Of a stretch of DNA of 64,000 nt, positions 1 through 10,263 are shown in pieces. Location of the stretch: NCBI GenBank assembly GCA_030390025.1, contig JASTWF010000036.1:2668001-2732000 (forward strand), in the 5' to 3' direction. The stretch's first letter is position 1, and every line of letters starts with the position of its first letter. The notes under the pieces are model-generated. The model was not told the DNA's origin, made no database searches, and saw only the letters and a list, made by a program, of their open reading frames with translations. The stretch comes from Squalus acanthias. Its lineage: Eukaryota. Position numbers and translations under genes: made by a program.

Positions 1-417
1 GTTAATGTACTGAGAAGAATCAAATGAAAGGTAATTCTGTTTTACTTATACAGCTGTGGTTGGTGTTCCACTGAACTCTCTTGTTCCTTCTAAACTCCAA
101 ATACACTGTCATACACATGCTCCTCCCTCTCCTATCCTACACTGGACTGAAATTAAGAGTTATCACACCTTCTCCTACTCTCACTTATTCTTTCCCAAGT
201 TTTAAAATAGTGAAACTCCTTACCTCCCTCAGTCTTCCATTGCTCCTACAATCTAAAAACTCTTAAAACCCAAGATTAGTATCACCTAATCACTACTGTC
301 TCAGTTACTTCATTTTCACTCTTGCCAATCTTGGTGGTGTCTTGCAATATGAGCCTTGGCCTTTCACCTTGGTAGTGAGATCAGATCTAGCACACCTGGA
401 ATAATAAACTTCAACAG

Positions 418-680
418 CACCTCCCAAACCCATGACCTCCACCACCTAGAAGGACCAGGACAGCATCACCTCCAGATTCCCTTCCAAGTCACATACAATC
501 CTGACTTGGATATAGATCGCTGTTCCTTCATCATCACTGGAACTCCCTCCCTAACAGCACTGTAGGAGTACCATCACCACACGGACTGCAGCGGTTTAAG
601 GCGGCGGCTCACCACCACCTTCTCAAGCGCAATTAGGGATGGGCAATAAATGCCAGCCTTGCCAGTGACGCCCACATCAG
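418..680 (+). mobile_element. 3' fragment of a non-LTR retrotransposon (family B, CR1/L2-group-like)
   Basis: Same 3' sequence (...CACCACCACCTTCTCAAGGGCAATTAGGGATGGGCAATAAATG...) as the copies at 20684, 23239, 32270, 44537 and 51661. It encodes a WNSLP...QRFKKAAHHHLL-like ORF2 end. Confidence 0.75.
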
Positions 681-803
681 AGTATGATTTTTTTTTAATT
701 AACAACATACGCTCTGACTAATCATGAACACACGACAGGAGATGACCCAGTAGGTTATTATTGCGTTGTAATTATAAGCAAAAATAATTCTTCTATCTAC
801 TTT

Positions 804-1250
804 GTCAGCTTGGCTCAGTTAGTAGCACTCTCACTTGAGTCAGAAGGTTGTAACTTCAAGTTCCATTCCAGGATTTAAACAGATAATCTAGGCTGACACT
901 CCAATTACAGTACTGAGGAAGTGCTGCATCATCAGAGATGTTGTCGTTTGGATGAGATGTTAAACCGAGGTCCCGTCTGCTCCAAAGCAGGTGAGTATTT
1001 CCAGTGTCTTGGCCAATATACCACCACCACCCCTGACAGCCCCCCCCCACCCCACCACCACCACCCCACCCCTTAACCAAACCCACCAAAAGAAGGAACT
1101 GGTTATTTCTCTCATTGCTGTTTGAAATCTTGCTGTGCACAAAATACATGTCATGTTTGCCTACATAACAGGCACTGCACTTCAAAGCAATTCATTTTAC
1201 GTGAAGCACTTTGAAACATTTCAACAACATGACTAGCTGCTATAAAAAAA
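804..1250 (+). mobile_element. tRNA-derived SINE with Deu-like core and L2-like tail (SacSINE1/AmnSINE1-like)
   Basis: A-box-like TGGCTCAGTTAG head, core GCTGACACTCC...GGATGAGATGTTAAACCGAGG, tail GAAGCACTTTG...GCTATAAAA. Homologous to 8661-9105 and 21757-23075. Confidence 0.7.
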
Positions 1251-2379
1251 AAATTATGATAGCAATTCCATTATTGTGTATGCATTTGATATATGTTGAA
1301 AAATACAAAAGGGACAATTGAAAAATATCAGGGAACCATGAAGGAAGATATAGGAAGTGTGATAGAACTCCAAGCATGATATGGGAGTATTGCCTCACTC
1401 ATGAAAAGACATATTTTCAACACACAACTTCTTGATTGGGATAATACAATAGAATTGCACAACCTTCATACTGGAAGAAATTAGTTAGCACAAAGCCCTT
1501 TTCATTCTTACCTTTGGCACCTTTCCAATGTGAGAGATTTTTTAAAATTCTCTTAACGTGGTTGTTCTTAATTATACAATGAATAGTATTGATCCAAAGA
1601 TGATGCACCATAGTTTTTAAGCAAGATAATACTTTTAGCCCATGAATGAGCAAGAATGTATGGACTGCCAATGACTAAGTTTAATAAATAGAAGCTGCTG
1701 CCTGCTTGTCTTTGGTGTACAGAAAATATTCCTTAAATGTAGTATGCCCTCAAACCATGAACAGAACTAAGGGGATTTTCTGGTTAGGTCACAAATTTTA
1801 TTTCTGTCACAGATTAGCATGCAACATTGTACTTATGTTTGTTTAACTTAGTTTTTCAAAATCTATTCTGCAGTTAATTATTCTCCAAAGAGAAAGCAGG
1901 CTGTTATCAAGTTCCCCGGTCAGAAATACTTTGAATTGCGCAGAGTCCAATAGCAAGAGATAACTTTACTCTGTAGCTCGGACTGATATAAGCTTTGCAC
2001 CATTGCAGTTGACAACTGTTTGTAGACCGGCTATCTTCCACTATTGTAGTACACACCTATATGAACCAGGTTCAGTCCTTAATTTGTGCTGATTTCAGCA
2101 GTGATGTTGTTACAATTGGTCTCAATACTCCCGAGCTGGGAAGGGCACTGAGAAGGGGGTTAGGGTCTAGAACACTGAGGATTATCCTAGGATGTAACGC
2201 AACTGGAGGGAAATCTAGGGGTCTAGTAGCACGGGAGGGAGTAGTGAGGTGCTATAGTGCTAGGGGAAAAGATAGCATCTGACTGCACTGAGGGGATTGG
2301 GGTCATGGGGGGGGGGGGTGCTGGGTAGGTCTTGGAGGGTAGCAACACTGAGGAATATTCGGCCATCTGGGAACACTGA

Positions 2380-2754
2380 GAAGTCACCAAGGTAGAGGAG
2401 GAGGCCCAAGGATAGATCTTTGGGGGGTCTCCGGAGATAACAGTGCAGGGATGGGAAGAGAAGCCATTGCTGGAGATACTCTGGCTACGATTGAATAGGT
2501 AAGAATGGAACCAAGCGAGGGCAGTCGCACACAGCTGGACAATGGAGGAGAGGCATTGGAGGATGATGCTGTGGTTGCACTATAATAGGCTGCAGAGAGG
2601 TTGAGGAGGTATAATGCACCACGGTCACAGTCACAGAGGATGTCATTTGTAACTTTGGTTAGGACCATTTTAGTGCTCTGGAATTCCTTCCCTAAATCCC
2701 TCCGCCTCTCTCTCCTCCTTTAAGACCTGCCTCTTTGACCAAGCTTTTGGCCAC
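2380..2754. mobile_element. L2 LINE fragments (RT piece on -, start of 3' tail on +)
   Basis: The minus-strand ORF VLTKVTNDILCDCD matches the L2 at 10692-11870. 2670-2754 matches the L2 3' region and resumes at 3607. Confidence 0.7.
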
Positions 2755-3606
2755 ATAGAATGATACAGCACAGAAGGAGGCCATTTGGCCCAACGTGCCT
2801 GGCAGATGAAATTTAATGCAGAGAAGTGTGAAGTGATGCATTTTGGAAGGAAGAACAAGGAAAAGCAATATAAATTAAATGGTACAATTTTAAAAGGAGT
2901 GCAAGAACAGAGAAGCCTGAAGGTTCACATACACAAATCTTTGAAGGTGGCAGGACACGTTGATAAGGCTGTTAAAAAGCGTATGAGAACCTTGGCTTTA
3001 TTAATAGAGACAGAGTAAAAAAGCAAGGAAGTTATGCAAAACCTTTACAAATCACTGGCTAGGCCTCAGCTAGAGTACTGTGTCCAATTCTGGGCATCAC
3101 ACTTTAAAAGGGATATATATCAAGGCCTTGCAGAGGAGATTGACCAGAATGGTACCAGGGGATGAGGAACTTCAGTAATCTGGAGAGACTGGAGCAGCTG
3201 GGGTTGTTCTCCTTCAAGCAAAGAAGGTTAAGGGGAGATTTAATCGAAGTCTTCAAAATTATGAAGGGTTTTGATAGAGTAAATAAGAAGAAACTGTTCC
3301 CACTGGCAGGAGGGTTGGTAACCAGAGAACACAGATTTAAGATAACTGTCAAAAGAACCAGAGGGGAGATGAGGAGAGCTTGTTTATGCAGTGAGTTGTT
3401 ATGATCTGGAATTCACTGCCTGAAAGAGCGGTGGAAGCAGATTCAATAGTAACTTTCAAAAGGGAACTGGATATATACTTGAAAAGGAAAAATTTGCAAG
3501 GCTTTGGGGAAAGAGCAGGGGAGTGGGACTAATTGGGTAGCTCTTTCAAAGAGCCGGCACAGACACGATGGGCCGAATTGCCCCCTTCTGTGCTGTATGA
3601 TTCTAC
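2755..3606 (+). mobile_element. 5'-truncated CR1 LINE with an inverted CR1 3' tail at its 5' junction, inserted into an L2 tail
   Basis: WQMKFNAEKCEVMHFG, LEYCVQFW and RRLRGDLIEVFKIM are CR1 ORF2 C-terminal motifs. 2755-2792 is the reverse complement of 3569-3606 (33/38). Confidence 0.85.
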
Positions 3607-3727
3607 CTGTCGTAATATCTCCTTATGTGGCTCGGTGTCAAAATTTGTCTGATAACGTTCTTGTGAACCACCTTGGGATGTTTTACTACGTTAAAGTCGC
3701 TATATAAATGCAAGTTGTTGTTGTTGT
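3607..3727 (+). mobile_element. L2 3' tail ending in (TTG)n
   Basis: ...TACTACGTTAAAGTCGCTATATAAATGCAAGTTGTTGTTGTTG, the same tail as the other L2 copies in the window. Confidence 0.8.
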
Positions 3728-4393
3728 CTCTGATCCTCTTTCTTGCTCTATCTTTATGCAAGTCTCCCTTTGATTCTGCCTCCTCCCTTCTGCATGTCTT
3801 TCATACAGTTTCTATCTTTCCATATTTCTTTCTCGTTTGTTTCATTATGTCTGCCACTCTGTATACCTCTCACATATTTTGCTCCCTTTCTCTCTACAGG
3901 GAAAATTCAGCTAAAAAGCCACCGCTGCCACTGTGCAAGATCCACATTGTGTGCGAATTGACAATCTAGCCTCACCGGATGCTGCAAGATCAACTCGTGA
4001 ATATCATTATCATAATGTTCCCTGCAAAGCTTGCGCTTAACATTTTGACAAGATGAAGGGTGCCCCACAGAATATCATGAGCATGCAACCCTTAAAAGGC
4101 TGCACCTCAAATTGATAGGGATGTGGCCACTCTGGGGAGGAAAATATGTTGGCGCCTTCTTAAGGCGCAAAAAATATTTTGAAAAGTTTTCAGTCTTTGC
4201 AAAGGCTGCACGGGGGAGGGGGTAGGAAGAATTGATGGCCAAGAGCAAAAAGACAGAAAGCTGAACAGAGGCATGAAATGGAAACTGTGGGCAAGCGGTG
4301 CTTCCCCGAACCCCTATTTGATGGTTGGCAAAGTGGATGTGCTGCTGCATGAGGTGGGATTTTGAACTTTTGCCAAAACAGGAATGAAGTTGG

Positions 4394-4942
4394 GAAGTCG
4401 CACAACACCAGGTTATAGTCCAACAACTTTATTTGAAATCACAAGCTTTCGGAGCGCTGCTCCTTCATCAGGTGAAGTGAAGAGATGCATATAGGCACAG
4501 CATATATAGTCAGAGAACACTGCCAGATGATTACAGTTAATCTTTCTAACTGCCCTTTATCACACCTCGGCAGAGAGACAATCACGGCAATCAAAGGTGT
4601 GGATGGTGTCCAACCAGGTCAGTCAGGAAAACATTACATCAAAGACAATAGCAAAATACAACAAAGACAATGAGGTGGGGTCACAAGGGGTCAAATGCAG
4701 CAGCTGCTGGAGTCTGTATGGAAAACAAAATTTTTTTAAACTTTTTTTGCTGGAAATCACAGCAGGTCCGGCCGCATCTGTGTAGAGAGAACAAGCCAGC
4801 GACGACTCGAGTCTGGATGACTCTACGTCAGGTGGGGTTACATGTAGCGTGACATGAACCCAAGATCCCAGTTGAGGCCGTCCTCATGGGTGCGGAACTT
4901 GGCTATCAGTTTCTGCTCGATGATTTTGCGTAGTCGTGTGTT
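4394..4942 (-). mobile_element. 5'-truncated Penelope-like retroelement (GIY-YIG C-terminus plus 3' pLTR)
   Basis: Minus strand 4940-4838 reads TRLRKIIEQKLIAKFRTHEDGLNWDLGFMSRYM*, resembling a PLE endonuclease end. A 12-bp TSD GAATGAAGTTGG lies at 4382-4393 and 4943-4954, and there is a hammerhead motif near the 3' end. Confidence 0.85.
4439..4475 (-). ncRNA. Minimal type I hammerhead ribozyme motif
   Basis: Minus strand UCAC-CUGAUGA-A-GGAGC-AGC-GCUCC-GAAA-GC-UU-GUGA: intact CUGAUGA and GAAA core, stem I UCAC/GUGA, stem II GGAGC/GCUCC, palindromic stem III AAGCUU. Confidence 0.75.
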
Positions 4943-5738
4943 GAATGAAGTTGGCAGAGCAGTCACACTGCCTGCCCGATACCAGCATCGGAAGGCCTGA
5001 ACCATTTTCAGGGTCTGGCCTTCTTTGAATGCAGACGGCGAGGAGCGGGTGCCAAATGGGCAGGAAATCGTCCAGCTCCAATGCTGAGCCGGCTGGCAGG
5101 TCAGGCTGGGGGCGCAAGCACAGGCCAGCAGCGGGCCTGGGTATTTTTGTGGAGCCAGGAGGAGTATTCCTGCTCCCCCTAACCAGGTAGTGAAAGAAAG
5201 TGAGCAAGAGAGATGCTTGTGTGCTTAAAAAATGCAAGAGCTGCAAAACACAATGCAGAATTCCCACGCGCAAGGTCAAGCACCTGGTTTTGGTATCGGA
5301 AAATTGAAGTGTTTTCTGCATGACATATGCTCAGCCTTTCAGGCCTTTGCACATGTGATCTCAGTGCCCAGCAAAGCCTTGCAGCTGGGGGCTCAAGTTC
5401 ACATTGTTAAAAATATTTAGTTTACATTCTACTCTTAATTCAAAGTCGCTTAATTCGAATTATCTGTTAATTTGATTCCCCCCGCCCCCCCCACCACAAA
5501 ACACCTGTGTTGTTTTATTTAAAGTGCCTAAATCAAATGACTGGATAATTCAAAAAAGAATTAATTAACAGGGGTAGATCGTCCCAGAGTCATACCCCCA
5601 GTTCTCCAGCTCTGGCCATGACCCATAAGCAAAATTGAAGAGAACCCATAATATACTTGCATCTCATATTTTCATCTTTTAAATTAGAGTTAATCTTGTG
5701 ATTTCATGGATATTGTCCAGCCTAATTTTTCCAAAATA

Positions 5739-6302
5739 GGATTACATCGGATATACAGCACAGAAACAGGCCATTCGGCCCAACCAGTCCATGCCGGCGT
5801 TTATGCTCCACTCGAGCCTCCTCCCGTCTTTCCTCATCTAAATCTATCAGCGTAACCCTCTATTCCCTTCTCCCTCATATGTTTGTCTAGCCTCCCCTTA
5901 AATCCATCTATACTATTCGCCTCAACCACTCCCTGTGGTAGCGAGTTCCACATTCTCACCACTCTCTGGGTAAAGAAGTTTCTTCTGAATTCCCTATTGG
6001 ATTTCTTGGTGACTATCTTATATTGATGGCCCCGAGTTATGCTCTTCCCCACAAGTGGAAACATTCTCTCTGTATCCACTCTATCAAAACATTTCATAAT
6101 TTTAAAGACTTAAATTTGGTCACCCCTCAGCCTTCTCTTTTCAAGAGAAAAGAGACCCAGCCTGTTCATCCTTTCCGGATAGGTATAACCTCGCAGTTCT
6201 GGTATCATCCTTGTAAATCTTCTCTGTGCCCTCTCCAGTGCCTCTATATCCTTTTTATAATATGGCGACCTGAACTGTGCACAGTACTTCAAGTGTGGTC
6301 TA
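5739..6302 (-). mobile_element. 5'-truncated CR1 LINE just upstream of METTL7A
   Basis: Minus-strand ORFs YCAQFRSPYYKKDIEALERAQRRFTRMIP and FFTQRVVRMWNSLP. CR1 3' tail near 5740-5790. Confidence 0.9.
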
Positions 6303-6476
6303 CATTTAAAAAAGGTTTACAAACTACTCTTTAAAAAAAAAGTAAACTAGTGTCTATTTCCAGATCCATATGCCTGCTTAGTTTTTTTTTAATCATTCTT
6401 AACAATTCTTTTACAAGCCTATTCTTGAATCCTGAGAATATATTTTCCAGCCTGACTTTTTTTTTACAATTTTAAA

Positions 6477-6513
6477 CCAATTAGCAGCGCCTGAGGTTTC
6501 AGCTCCTTAAATA
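6477..6513 (+). promoter_or_regulatory. Candidate METTL7A core promoter (CCAAT box plus TATA-like TTAAATA)
   Basis: CCAAT at 6477-6481 and TTAAATA at 6507-6513, about 80 bp upstream of the ATG, in non-repeat sequence. Motif-only evidence. Confidence 0.4.
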
Positions 6514-6590
6514 CTGGCTCACTGAGTTTGTTCTCCACCCAGTGGAGAGTTGGGAACACAACACCATCCCCAATCTTACTTCTCTGAGAA

Positions 6591-7085
6591 ATGGCGCTGG
6601 TCAGGTTTGTGCTGCGGTCGGTAGTCGAGATCCTTGTTCTGCCAATAACCATTCTGCAGTACATCGGGATATGGGATCCTTTGTACAAAAGGTTTTTCCC
6701 GTATCTGATGGCCAAAATCACGCCAGTTATCAACGACAAGATGGGCAAAATTAAGAAGGAACTCTTCCACAAACTACCAGACTTCGCTAGCTCTTCCGGG
6801 CTCAACATTTTGGAAGTGGGCTGCGGCTCAGGAGCCAACTTTCAGTATTACCCCTGGGGTTGCAAAGTCATTTGCACCGATCCGAACCCCAATTTCGAGC
6901 GTTTCTTGGAAAAAAGCAGAGCCCAGAACGAGCATGTGAAGCTGGAGAGGTTTATTGTGGCCGGTGGTGAGGATCTGAGCCAAGTGGCAAGTGGCTCGGT
7001 GGATGCCGTAGTTTGCACCTTGGTTCTCTGCACCGTTCCGGACATCGATGTGGTGGTGAAGGAGTGTATTCGAGTGCTGAGACCG
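6591..7085 (+). CDS. METTL7A: METTL7A/TMT1A-like thiol S-methyltransferase, coding exon 1 (165 codons)
   Basis: ATG at 6591. Hydrophobic N-terminal anchor, SAM-binding motif LEVGCGSGANF, TDPNPNF, SVDAVVCTLVLC, and RVLRP ending at a CCG|GTAAGA donor (GT at 7086, phase 0). METTL7A versus METTL7B is not resolved without a phylogeny. Confidence 0.93.
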
Positions 7086-7968
7086 GTAAGAAAAGCAAGA
7101 TTTGCACTCTACTCCGTCCTTTTATGCTATGAAAATTGCAATAGCATTTTTAACTGCAAATCCCCGGAGAGTTTATTCTGGCACAGAATGTATCCTGGAA
7201 TTATATTTACAGAAAGTCCTGATATTTACATTCATGAGAAATACATTTGAAAAGAGTTGTTTTACTCAAAGTGTGATTCTGTTTGGAATTATCCACCAGC
7301 CAGAGACTTTGAATGGATATTCAACGGACAATTTGGTTGTGTGATTTGGTGTGCAATTGCTCAGAAGCAAACACTGAGGTCCTCTTTTATATAAATGAGG
7401 CACAAACCTCACATACTTTATTTACAGCAGCAAATGGGAGCCAAGTAGTGATTCAATTGAAATGTGAACTGTCAATTTTACATATTTGGAGCTCTTTTAG
7501 GATCAAACCCAAAATGTCACTCTTTCTCTTTCAGAGGCGATTGGCCATGCTGTGTATTTCCTTCATTTTCTGTTTTTATTTCAGAATTTCAGGTTTTTCT
7601 TTTTATCTGAACCTATTCAGTTTTTGTTCATTCTGAATCTACCAAGTACACTAGCTATTGCTAGTACAACCTTTGGCAGACTCGGTTGTTAAACTTGCAG
7701 CAGCATAAAATCTTGGCACTACATAACTTCTGCAACACTCCCACCATGCTTCATGGTCACTTTTGCCATCGTACGTTGCCACTCTGCTCCATGATTTAAC
7801 TCAAACGGTCCTTTGTGAACAAGCATGTTTCACGTAAAGGATGGGGTAGATTTTCAACTTGCTGCCTGGGCGTAAAACTGGCGTTGCAGATCAGCTGCTT
7901 ATTATAGAACTCACTCTATTTCTATTTCCATTGTAATTAATGCCAGTTTGACACCTGGCAGCAAGATG

Positions 7969-8135
7969 CAACGTTCCCTTTAAGCTACGCAGTCGCGCTG
8001 CAATGTGAAAGGTCCCACGCAGACCGCTCACTAGCTTCCCCATTGTAAATACCGCGCGTGCACGGAAATTTAAAAGGACTGCGCACTAAAAGAAACAGGC
8101 CGCTCAGAAAAAAGCGCAGCTTACAGGGAACATTG
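7969..8135. mobile_element. hAT-superfamily MITE (167 bp)
   Basis: TIRs CAACGTTCCCTTTAAGCT / AGCTTACAGGGAACATTG (16/18) and a perfect 8-bp TSD GCAAGATG at 7961-7968 and 8136-8143. Confidence 0.88.
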
Positions 8136-8166
8136 GCAAGATGGAAAACTACCCAATATCTTTTTA

Positions 8167-8312
8167 GATTGTCCTGGGCCAATATTTATCCCTCAACTAA
8201 CATCACTAAAACAGATTATCTGGTCATTATCCTATTGCTGTTTCTGTGAGCTGTAAAGCACTTTGGGACGTCCGGTGGTCGTGAAAGGCGCTATATAAAT
8301 GCAAGTCTTTCT
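8167..8312 (+). mobile_element. 3' part of a Deu-like SINE with L2-type tail
   Basis: GTCCTGGGCCAATATTTATCCCTCAAC...GGCGCTATATAAATGCAAGTCTTTCTT. Confidence 0.65.
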
Positions 8313-8660
8313 TACACTGCTGTTTAGAGGCTCTTCTCCTTGCACTAGCACTTTGGCAGAGTTTCCAGGAAAAGAGGCTTGAAATTCAATCTGGGAGCAC
8401 TTGCTTATCTCTGTAAAGAAAGAACACTGTCCTGGAGCTGCTCCAGCAATTGTGTATTATACCCATTTATGCTTAGATTTGCAGCCGAATCCCTGTTCTG
8501 TGCACTCTAAAGTGCCTCCTCTTGTATTGTTAAACCAGCCCAGTTATACACTGCAAAGTTTCATGAAAAGGAATGCAGTTGCTCCCCCACTTACTTGCCT
8601 CATGCATTTCCACCCATTATATCTGGTAACAGTCACCTGAGCTGTCACTTCTGCTCGCAC

Positions 8661-9105
8661 AGAAAGAAATTTATCTTGCATTTCTAAAGCGCCTTTCACA
8701 ATCTCAGGATGTCCCAACGCGCTTTACAGTCAATGAAGTACTTTTGAAGTGTAGCCACTGTTGTAAAGTTGGAAATGCAGTAGCCAATTTGCGCACAGCA
8801 AGCTCCCACAAACAGCAATGTGATAATGACCAAATAAACTGTTTGTTTTAGATGTTGATTGAGGGATTGGCCAGGACACCAGAGAGAACTCCCCCCTGCT
8901 CTTCTCCGAAATAGTGCCGTGGGATCTTTTACGTTAAACTGAGGTCTGCTCTCAGGTGAACGTCTCATCCGAAAGACGGCACCTCCATCAGCACTGCACT
9001 GGGAGTGTCAGCCTAGCTTTGTGCTCAAGTTCCTGGAGTGGGACTTGAACCCACAACTTTCTGACTCCGAGGCGAGGGTGCTACCTAGTGAGCCATGGCT
9101 GACAC
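8661..9105 (-). mobile_element. Full-length tRNA-derived Deu-like SINE
   Basis: Minus-strand head GTCAGCCATGGCTCACTAGGTAGCAC...GGGTTCAAGTCCC (A and B boxes), core GGTGCCGTCTTTCGGATGAGACG, L2-like tail. Confidence 0.78.
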
Positions 9106-9199
9106 ACAGTGAAATAGATAACTGGAACACGTGTACTGTGAAAACCAGGCACATTTTTAAAAAATGACTCAATTGCTGCCATTAGAACTCGACACATTT

Positions 9200-9450
9200 C
9201 ACAAGATAGATACTGATAATGAGGGCCACTTAGCCCAACCTGGCTCATTCAGAATGACCATACAATCTCGCCCCATCAAAGCATTTAACTGTTTCGTAAA
9301 TGATTCCTGGGTTTTTGCTTTTGCTACCCTACCCAGAAGTCCTCTCCACATGTTGATCACTCTGTGACTAACTCCTAACATCGGTCCTAAATTTGCCTTT
9401 TGCAAGTTTGAACCTGTCCCTCCTGTACGGTCACAGTTTAGTTTGAAGTA
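9200..9450 (-). mobile_element. Degenerate CR1 3' fragment
   Basis: Minus-strand HRVINMWRGLLGRVAKAKTQESFTKQL resembles the CR1 ORF2 end. Confidence 0.5.
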
Positions 9451-10263
9451 ATGTTCCAGATTTACCTATGTGCATATCATTTTTCTTTATAAAGTGTCAC
9501 CTGCTGACTGGTTGACCTAGTGAGTATGTGTAATCTCTGGTGACTCCCATTATTAGAAAGCACCTTTATAATTTTATCTGTGCGTAATGCCACAAGAAAA
9601 CTGTGTAAAACATTAAAATGGTACATCACTGCTTCACACTACAGACCTCACATTTTGTTATGGATGCAAAACAACCTTAAAATGTCACCTGTACTTCTGA
9701 GCTACAGCCTGAAACCAACAAGTACATTCCAATCTGCATGTTTCCAGCCTCTCACCCCACCCCCCCCCCCAAAAAAAATTACACTCAGTGCCTCAATTTA
9801 CTTAATGATGCAAAACAATCTTTAAAAAAGCACTCACTTAATGTTGGATGCTTTTGATGTGCAGCCTAAAATCACTTTCCAATCTGTAAACCTCCTTCAA
9901 TTTAGAAACCTCTCAGTTGATAGTCTAGATCAGCAGCGATGCTGAAAATACTTTGACAAGAAGGTCCTACTGTCAACAATTGTAAGCTAGGTGCATGCCA
10001 AATTACTTGCATCAATTTGGAAATGTTTCCAAAGCAAATGGTCAAAGGTTGTTCAAACTTTTATTTCCTCTGCTGTTTGTTTGTTTATGGACCCTAGGCT
10101 TTTAGTATCAGCACCTTAAGCACAGAACATTCTTCTGTTTATAAAAATCTTTGCATATTGAAAGAAAATTGAGATTTAACAATCCTATGGGTTTCACTCC
10201 GAATTGCTACCGCATTACGTAATAATTAGGCGATGTGGCTTTAAAGGATCTCAGCTTCACCTT

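Noticed and set aside
7086..7250. C-terminal 54 aa of the 219-aa ORF 6591-7250
   Set aside because: Read-through into the intron. There is a strong GTAAGA donor at 7086, and the family-typical C-terminus is at 24353-24589.
9035..9105. tRNA gene
   Set aside because: The A and B boxes are the head of a SINE followed by core and tail, and there is no complete cloverleaf.
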